From Strigamia acuminata (lineage: Eukaryota), in assembly GCA_949358305.1 (NCBI GenBank), contig OX442314.1:22134001-22198000 (forward strand): a stretch of 64,000 bases of DNA. The letters are read 5' to 3'. Of the stretch, positions 54,751 through 64,000 are shown piece after piece. Under the pieces are notes generated by a model. That model made no database searches and had not been told where the DNA came from. It saw only the letters and a list, made by a program, of their open reading frames with translations. Numbering within the stretch: the first letter of the stretch is position 1; each line of letters opens with the position of its first letter. Made by a program: the position numbers and the translations under genes.

Positions 54751-57700
54751 ATGGATTTGACTTCGTCTCTAATGGAAGCCCTTTCGGGGACGGCCAAATT
54801 TAAACGTATCGAGCAACTGAAACGATGGGAAGAATCGGAAACGAACAAAGAATGCACTCAGCTGAAGGAACGGTCGAGGAAAATCAATTTCAGCGACGGA
54901 TGCGTGTTTTTAGCCGCTTGTGCTGCCGGAGACAGGGACGAAGTGGAGCGGCTAATTGCAAAGGGTGCCGACATCAACACGGCAAACGTGGATGGGCTCA
55001 CCGCCCTGCATCAGGTAAATTTCATAGTAAAGACTTGAAGTGTGGGTGCAATTTTTGTGGATGAGGTTTAAATAGATTGTCGCTCATACGAGGCGATTGC
55101 ACGGTTTAAATGCGGGGAGCGGCAGACAAAATGGCTGCGATCGTGTGCTAAAGAAAAGAAGTGAATTTTTATGTTTCCTGCATCTTTTCCTTCCCGGTTT
55201 TGGAAAAGAATTAGGTTAAGAGGTGGTGATTAAAAGGGTTGAAAGGGTTGCTTGTGGTTTTGACCGATCGGATGTGTTTATTTTATATTTTTTTGGAAAT
55301 TATTTTTTGGATGATTATTATTATTATTATTATTATTATTATTTTTTTAATAGAAATTTTGCATTTGTCAATATTGTTGTGGGTATTAATCATGCGCGAT
55401 TTCCGGTTGCATAATGATGCATTGATTTGTGTTAATAATTCATGTTTGGAGTCCTTTGTTCGGAATTTTATTTTATTTTATAATTTTTGTTTTAGTTGGG
55501 ACTAAATTTCCATGACCCTAATGAGGTGCTACACGCGCAGATTTGGCGCCATTTTTTTTTTTTTTTAAATGGGGAAGAGGACTAGATTTCCCAAAAATTG
55601 TTCGTGCAAATTGTATTTTAAGCATCGATGTGTAAAATGGTTAAATAATAGTGAAAATTAAGTGGTTAAACTGTGGGAAATTTGAGTCATGAATTTTCTC
55701 TGTGTCCTGGAAAATGAAATAAGAGTTACAAAATGTGTCTGTACGCGAGTCTAGACAGAAATTTGGGTTATGTAAGGGCAAAAATGCGCAGAAATTTGAA
55801 ATATCTTTTTAAGTTTTCAACATATGGTGTTGTGAGCAATCACTTTGGAAAGAATAATCATCTAAAAATAAACTTAAGACGCGTCTATTTAGCGCGCTAG
55901 GATTTTCTCAGCGATTAAATATCAAAAGAATCGTCTGTTATGTAAATTTAAAATTTAAAAAAATAAATAAAAACTAAATTTAAAAAAATGATGTAAAATA
56001 AACAAATAAATTTCTTTTACCCCAGAAAAATGTAATGTTTTTGTTTACCTATTATAGACCTGAGTGAAAAATGAGGGACAAATTAGTGCTAGAATTTATA
56101 CACAGGGTCAATGACTAGGGCCTAATTTAGACCACGAGGTTCATATTTATACTTGAAGTGGCTTTTTCTTTTTAGGGGTACAGAAATAGTTATTAAAGGG
56201 ATTTTTATTTTTTATTTTTTTATTTTAAATAATAATTATGCTTATGTGAGATCATTCTGGATTATGGCCAAACATTTCTCGTTAAATTAGTGGTGTGTGA
56301 AAGTGTATTTTTTACGATTAGAGATGACAGTGAAGGGAAATCCCTTGTGAAACAACATTGGGAATCTGTATGATCTTGGATAGTATTGAATTTATAAACA
56401 AAAATATGAGGCCTTGGATGTTTTCCTCGCTTGATCCAAGGCGAAATTTTTGTTTACATTTTTATAATTTTTCATTTTTTAATGTTTGTTTGTTTGTTTG
56501 TATATCTATTTATTATTAATTATGAAAAATGGGGAGATTTTAGTGGGAATTTAGTCTCGTAAAAGAGATTTTTTGTTTTTTTTTGTTGGGCGACGGTGTT
56601 CGTGTTGTCATGCCGCTGTCGGTCGACTCGCTGCGGCCGCCATATTGAAATTCCGTCGAAAAATAAAATTCATGGTTTTGTTATTTTTTTGAAAAAAGGA
56701 AAATTTAAAACAGTAAAAATTGACTCGATTACCACGTAGTGGAATGCAGAATTTTTTCTACATCCCTTTTTTTTTTGGTTTAAATAAGCTTTAACGATAC
56801 ATTTTGTCACAAGTTCATAATAAGGTCAAGTCATGGCGAAACAAGGATACAAAAATAACCCTTTTATTCTTTTTTTTTATATATATATAAACTAAAACTG
56901 CGCAAAATGTAATTAACCACTCCAAACAAAACAAATCATCATGTAAACTGTTCTCATAAAAAAATACAACATTCTTGAATCCACTTATAATAATAACTTG
57001 AATAAATTCGAGTTTTCAATTGAAATCACCTGCTGATGCTATTTGTGACATCATGGCAAAGCATTTGATTTAATTCACTTTTAATTATATTTTTTTTAAC
57101 CTTATTAAAGTCAAGGCACAGCTGTATTTTTATTTTTTTTTTCTTTATAAAACATCATCTCACACCATCTGGGTACTCACACTGTTCTTTTGTTCCAAGT
57201 TAAAGATACACTGGCCAAGTTTTCCTTTGCCAATTCTTCCTCTAATTTCTATCTTCTACATCTTCGTTTGGCAACGGATATTTACATGACATTTTTCCCC
57301 TCGTAAAGATAGTTATAACAAGTTATTTTTCTTTATTTATATTTTTAATTTTATGTTATTTTAATTATTTTATCATTTTTTCAGGTTAAAAAATAAAATT
57401 ATTTTAAATTTTTCCAATTTTTATGCTCATAAAACATGTTTGAATGAGGCGTACATCTGCTCGGTTGTGTTGTAATTTGTAATCCACACACCAGACATTA
57501 TTCTTTTTACTTCCTGGTCGCATGATAAAATTAATTTTAAAGTTATATTTGGATTCTCCATTTTTTTATGTGCACCTTTTTGGGGGCCTTGAATTTAGAC
57601 CGGCTAAGTAAAGCTGATTACAGTTTCAGGTCTCCTGTGGGCCGATTTAGCACCCAAGCTTAGTACTACAGCTCGAGCTGCTATTTTTTTTTTTTTACAT

Positions 57701-60700
57701 TTAAATAAATAATTATATATTTTTCTCTTTTTTTGATAAAATTTCAGTCTTGCATTGATGATAATTTAGAGATGGTGGAGTTTTTAGTTGAAAACGGAGC
57801 TGATATTAATTGCGGTGATAATGAGGGCTGGACACCGCTTCATGCCACAGCATCGTGTGGTTTTTTAAGTATTGCGAGGCGAGTAGATAAAATTGAGGGA
57901 ATATATTGTTTTTTTTTTTGTTAAATGGGTTGTTTTTATTAGGTATTTGATTGAACACCGTGCAAATGTTGCTGCGGTGAACAACGACGGGGAGTTGCCC
58001 ATAGACATCGCGGAATCCGATGAAATGGAGGAATTGTTACAAGAGGAAATCAATAAACAAGGTTTAAATTTAAAATAAAAATAAAATGAAATTGATTATT
58101 AATTTTTGTTTGATTTAATTGCAGAAATTGACTGCGAAACTGCGCGGACTGAAGAAGAGAGACTCATGTTGGAAGATGCTAATCAGTGGCTCAATTCTGG
58201 CACATTTTTAGATAGACCTCATCCTAAAACAGGTGCTACAGCACTACACGTAGCAGCTGCAAAGGGCTATATTAAGGTTATGAGGTGCGTGGAGTTTGTT
58301 TATTTACCGAGTTCAAATTAGTGGAGATGGGATTTTTTTTTCTCTTTTTTTTTTCCTCTCTCTTTTCTTTTAATAGTTTCTGGATTTGTTTTACAGTGCC
58401 TTATTACAAAGTGGTGCCGATTTGAATTTTCAAGATATGGACGGCTGGACGGCACTTCATGCAGCTGCACACTGGGGGCAAAAGGAAGCGTGTGAAATGC
58501 TCGTAGAGCATGGTGCTGAAACGGACATTAAAAATGCTGTGGTACAGATAAACCAAGAAGCTTTTACCATATCATTTCAGCTGATTTTTTAATGACAACA
58601 TCTTGAAAAATCAGTTGAAGAATTGTTATGTCAAATTTTAACCGAAATAAGTCACGTTTTAATGGGATTATATTTTTATTGATTATTTTTTTTTTTTATA
58701 ATTTTAAAATTATTAAATACGTTTTGTTTTAATTTTTTCAATGACACTTGCGGTCAATCAATCAAGTTTTAATGAACGCGTCAGTAATTAGTTGATTCAA
58801 TTAATTTTTTCAGGGTCAGACGGCCACTGACATAGCGGAGCCGGAGATGGCGAAACTATTAGAAGAGATGAGGAAGAAACAAGCCTCAGTGAGTAGTAGT
58901 GGACACTAAAGAAAAAAAAATATTGGGCAACTTTAGGACACTCTTTGTTCGTTCATTTATTTGGAAAAATGTATATAGTTTTGTGATCATCTCTGTTGAG
59001 CTATTTTAACTCCCAGTTTATTGTCACACAAAGTTCGATTTGTTTTGTAAATATGTTGATATGAAGAAATATCCACGGGAGAAAAAGAAAAAAAAGATAT
59101 ATATTTTTTTTTGTCTTTTTATTTCGGTAATTTTTGTGTTTAAAAAATTGATTCATCTTCATCCTAAGAGGAAATTATCAGTTTATTTTTGGCTGGCAAG
59201 TAAGTGAAACGACAGCATTGCAATGTTGCTCGAAAGAGTGTGCATATGTTAATTAATTCTGAATTGAATTAATGAGCGGTTTTTTTCACTTTGTTGCTAC
59301 AGAAATAATTTTATTTCTAATTTTTTTTTGTGCTCGCAACCACTTTGTTGGTGTTTGCATGTTAATAGAAATTAATTAATTTTTTGCATCGTTTCATTTT
59401 GTCACAATAATAGTCCTGAACCAGACACACTTAAAAAATGTCTGGTTTGAGTTTTTCCTTGGGATTCAGGATGAGTTGATTGACAGGCATGAAATCTATG
59501 AAAGTTGTTCTATGTTTTTTTTTTTTTACATTTTAATTTGGTGGTTCATTGGTTGTATTCTTTTGCATGGGATGCTGCACTGTTTTCAGTGTGTTTTGTC
59601 CTTGCAAAATTGTACATTACAAAAACAAACTTCTAATTATTTTTTGGTGTTTTTTTTTTTAATTTTTTTTTTTTCAGTTGGCAAAGGACAAAATAAAACC
59701 TCAAACTATAATAGAAAACAAATCTATGGTTGTAAATCGTCGAATGTAAGATTTGTTAACTTTTGTCTAAATGCAATGATTTTTTTAAAGTTGTGAATAT
59801 TTTAGGGTCGCGGGATGTGATAAGGTTCCAGTACATAACTTGTTAATTAAAGAACCTTCGAAGGAGGAGATTAAAGATGCAAAAGATGAGGAATCTTCGT
59901 CCGAGTCTTCCGAATCGGAAGAACGAAAAGCAAACGAGAAAAATGAAGTTGGTAAGAGTTTAACGAAAAAATAACTTAAATATAATGGATTTTACAGTGT
60001 TATTTCTTTATTAGAAAAAAGAAACAAAGTTAATAAGAGCGAAGAGCCACCTGTTGTTAAACCGCAAACCGTACCCACTAAACCGGAAGAGAACGTGCGG
60101 ATTCGCGTACCATCCAAACAGATCCCTCAACAGTCGACTGAAAATGAAGACAACATTCCCTCCTGGAGGCGAAGCGCTCGCAAATCCGACAGTTTGTCCA
60201 CAACGGTCAATGAAAACCATGAAATTATACCACGGTCAAGTCTGGGACAACGTTCGTCCGTTCCACTGACCACAAGTAACAACCAAGAGGCGGAATTCAA
60301 GCGCCCGTTGAGCGTCGAAGCTTCCGAGCGGTAAAAACACACTAGCATTTATTAATAACTTAACTTTTTAATTGGAATTTAACATGCTATTTTAAATTAA
60401 TTTAATTTAATTTAATTTAATTTATTAATTTAAACGAAAAAGATATTTAGAATTTTATTTACAGCTTGCTAATTTTAACTAATCCTAATTGCATGGCATG
60501 TTGTAATCAAAGGGGTTTCAAGATGGGTGCAATTGTGAGCCGCTTCAGTCGTCCTAACTCTTTGCCAACTACCACCAAACCCTCTGTCACCATAAGTGCT
60601 CCGAGTAGCCGTTTGCTGCCTTTTCTCAGGTACTATAATGCCCCCTTAACAAATATAAACTAATGAAAGTTGGTATAATTTGCGGGAAAGGACATTACGG

Positions 60701-63700
60701 AACTAAATGTTGAATTGTTGTGTTTTAAAGAAAAAGGGAAGAGAATGTTGACACGCAAAAACCACCTGCAGTCTCCGAGCAAACGACGACTGGCGACGTA
60801 ATTGCTGATGACTCGACTCCAACAACTCCGAGTAATCAAACGGGAACGCCGCAACGACGGTCGTTCCAGCCGCCCGTGCGGGACGAGGAATCTGAAACAC
60901 AACGCAAAGCACACGCTAAACGCGTGCGGGAAACCAGGAGATCGACACAGGTTGGGCAATAATTGGATTATTTATAAGTTTGAATTTTGAATTTATGATT
61001 TAATTTATTTTATTTTAGGGTGTGACATTAGAAGTGGTGAAATCGGCCGAACAATTGGTCAAACAACAGCAACAAGAAGCCGATAAATCGAAAGATGAAA
61101 CTAAAAACGAACCGCCGCTGTCTAGCGTTGAACGTAGACGCTTGCCGCCTAAAGAGGACGATAAAACGTTGGCCACGACCACGGGGGATTTGATGGAGAG
61201 ACGGTCGTCGTGGCGATCGCGATTGGAGCAAGATAATCACAATAAAACGGTTTGTGGTGTTTGTTTTCAGGGTTTTTTATTTATATCTAAAATTAAGATT
61301 AGCCATGCACATCTGTATGTCTGTTAATTTATGCGAATGCACTTTTTTTTTCTTTTTTTTTTTTTTTGCTCTGCATGGATGGATTTTTTTAAATTTTTTT
61401 TATTATGATTTTTGTTCTGTTGCATAAATCCGACCAATTTCCTCGCTGCTGTTTTGTTGGCCCCTGCTTATATTACCTGATGTTGAAAATGTTGGGGTAT
61501 GAATCAGGAGGATACGCGCACACCCAGAAGACCTCGGGAGTTGGGTGATGGAATAAATGCTGCGACGAGAAGAACGAGACTCGCAGGTACATCAAAGGAT
61601 AGCGATAATTCGTTAATAAGTACGTGTACGGTGCGAGTTCGGGGATCGACGAGCGATGGCGTTGCGACAGGTGATTTGTTACTAACAAAGCGGAGAGGTG
61701 GTTGATGGTGGTAAGGGTTTGCGTGGAGTGATGGAAAATATTGAATGTGTAGAACACGATAAGGAAAACGAGAATGGAGCGCAGAATTCGACCGGCAGTG
61801 CTGCTATTCAAAGGCGACGGCGACCCAAGAGAAGATCAACTGGGGTGGTTTATATGGATGCGGATGTTAGTATTGTTTTTTTAATTTTTCTTTTATTACG
61901 CGCACTTTATTTCGTATTATTTTCGCTTTTTATGATTGGGTGTGGTTGTGCATGCAAATTTGTCAATTGTGATTTGTACTTGTTCAGTACTGCACTTTGT
62001 ACAGTTTATTTTGATAGGGTTTTTTTGTTTTTGTTTTTTGTTTTTGTTTTATTTTTTTTAAATTTGTTAATTATTTTGCCAGGATAAAGAAGGTGGGGAT
62101 GGAAAAGAAGACTCGAAAAGTGCTGACGAGGAAAGTAATGTTCAGGTAATAATTCAGAAATGTTTGGGTGTGAAGTTTATCGTTCTTTAAGAGTAATGGC
62201 CCGTATACAGATGCGTCATGATAACATCTATTAGGGCGGTCTACGGCAACTCGGTTATGCTTTTAACTTAGCGTAAATACTTCGGTGCGGATAAGTGTGT
62301 TTGAGGTCCGATGTTTCGTCGACTCGGGCTTCTGTTAATTCAGGAGGGGCAGTTTGCACACACAAAGCGAAACAAGAGTGAAAGAAATGGCATTAACAAG
62401 CATTTCGTTGCAAAAATGGCGACAAAATGATGTTGTGTTTGACGTTTAGCGCACCAAAGCGTTTAGGTTAAAATTGAAATGAACGTTTTGGTGCAGGATC
62501 GCTTTTATAAAGCTACTCGTGTAATTGGAAGAAGTCGAGGCTAAGTTAGCACTTAAAATTTATTCTCAAGCTAGACACACTCCTTCCTTGTGAGGATGGA
62601 TGTTCCCATGGTTAAAAATAACTGTGCAGTAAACAAGCGAGTCACATCTCTTCGGAAATCTGCGAACTGGCTCACTGGCTCGCTGCCATTTTCGGCTGGT
62701 GCCCGCCAAACGAGCTAAATTTAATCTTCTCTTCTCAGCCTCCACCCGATGCCATGGCAAGTTGGGCGGGAGAAGGGAGGCTGGTGTGACGTCATCCGGC
62801 CACAAACGCCTTGTGCTTGCGATTACTCAAGGTTCCCATTACATGTGCCTCTATTCTGGGTCCCACAGGGTGGAGCAAAGTCGAAAAAGTTTTTGGCTTT
62901 TGTTTGCGCCGCACTGTTTTCTGCGCTTTTTCTTTGTTTGTTCTCGTTTGTGCGCTTCCGGTTACTGCCCTTAATGAACCGAGTGGCATTGCACTAATCA
63001 TGTCGTACGGTTATTCTGGATTCAACTATTACGGAAAAAGCCCGTATTCGTCGTACGCGAGTCCAAGTTCGTTGTACGGGTCTTCGTATTCGGCTTATTC
63101 TTCGCCGTCGACCTCGCTATATCCGTCCAGCTATGGGCGAAGGGAATCGTATTCTGGATATGGGTCGGGGAAAGGTGGTTATTCCCCTTACTCGTCGTTA
63201 AATCCGTTGAGTACTTCGGCCTCGACTTCGTACTTCAATGGGTTGGGCAATTCCGGCTCTTCTGGCCGCGGGTTGTCGCAGTCCGCTTCCATGTCCAATG
63301 TGGCGTACGGTTGTGGCGGAGCGAAAAGTCCGAGAAGTTCGAGTCCTATTAGAAATACATCTTCTAGTGTTGTTGTAAGATGGTTGTGCACTTGAAAATA
63401 ATTTTTGTTTTTATTTTTAAATTTTTTGTTTTTTTTTTGTTTATATTTTTGTTGAAGGTTCCGGAACGAACTTATAGGTCACGATTTGGCTCTGCTGGGT
63501 CTTTACCCGATGCGCCGACGAGGCTAGATAATTCTGCTTCCCGATACTCGGATCGGCTAAGTCGAACTTCGTCCGCTAGTAGCACAACAGGATTGGCTAA
63601 TGAGTCGGATGAAAAGGATTATAAAAAGGTGAAAATTATAATGGTTTTTGTTGTTTTATTTATTGTTTTAAATTTGAATTTCAGCTATATGAAGATGAAA

Positions 63701-64000
63701 AGTCTGAAAATGAAAGGTTACAAGAGAAATTACGCAAGGCGGAAGTAGAACTTGATGATACCAAACAGCAATTAGATAAAATACAAGTAAAATTGAGTGA
63801 ATTTTGAAAGAATTAGTTATTTATAGTTATTGTTTTTTAGAATCTTAATAGAAATAGCTCAAATGATACCGAGAAAAGGGTAAAATTATAATTTAATTTG
63901 GAATTTTTATTTTTTTTTAACGATTTAAAACCATTTTTTTTTTGTATTTTAGGAGCGAAGAGCTTTAGAAAGGAAGATTTCTGAAATGGAGGAAGAACTA
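54751..64000 (+). CDS. Mbs: Protein phosphatase 1 regulatory subunit 12 (MYPT1/Mbs), 3'-truncated by the window edge
   Basis: Exon 54751-55014 carries MyPhoNE (KRIEQLKRW) and an RVxF-type KINF motif. Ankyrin exons at 57749-58552 (GWTPLHATASCG, GATALHVAAAKGY, GWTALHAAAHWG). The inhibitory phosphosites RRSTQGVT (60936-61025) and KRRSTGV (~61827-61847) are present. The C-terminal coiled coil DYKKLYE...ERRALERKISEMEEEL reaches the window end. Confidence 0.96.
55314..55342. repeat. (TAT)n microsatellite in MYPT1 intron 1
   Basis: Run of attattattatt..., about 9-10 units. Confidence 0.9.
62400..62999 (+). promoter_or_regulatory. Candidate internal promoter within a MYPT1 intron
   Basis: GC-richer intronic block with YY1-like AAAATGGCG (~62412) and GCCATTTT (~62685), a CRE palindrome TGACGTCA (62787-62794) and an ETS-like CTTCCGGT (~62955), directly upstream of the ATG at 63000. 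Confidence 0.55.
63000..63374 (+). CDS. Alternative first coding exon of a short MYPT1 C-terminal isoform (Ser/Tyr/Gly-rich, 125 aa)
   Basis: ATG at 63000 opens MSYGYSGFNYYGKSPYSSYAS..., with a GTAAGA donor at 63375 in phase 0 matching the acceptor of exon 63458 (VPERTYRSRF...). No strong acceptor lies immediately upstream of the ATG. Confidence 0.7.

Overview
AT-rich, intron-containing animal genomic DNA. The Ptp10D- and Mbs-type genes suggest an invertebrate, probably an arthropod; this is an inference. Most introns are about 55-90 nt. In order, the window holds: a 5-exon cyclin D gene with long, motif-rich introns; an intronless ARV1 CDS; a MANSC1/C11orf24-like type I membrane mucin; a Ptp10D-like receptor tyrosine phosphatase; a head-to-head pair of long ABCC/MRP genes with a decayed three-exon LDL-receptor class A fragment between them; a 600-aa Pro/Thr-rich orphan; an EAAT/SLC1 glutamate transporter; and a MYPT1/Mbs (PPP1R12) gene that runs off the 3' end. 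The most notable observation is the minus-strand ABCC. Manual splicing of about 25 exons gave an open frame, yet nearly every ATP-hydrolysis motif is lost, while its divergent partner is fully canonical, so it is a candidate pseudo-transporter. Also notable are an internal promoter in MYPT1 that would give a small Ser/Tyr/Gly-rich leucine-zipper isoform, and a possible first exon shared by ARV1 and the MANSC gene. Exon boundaries were read by eye, and no database searches were run.
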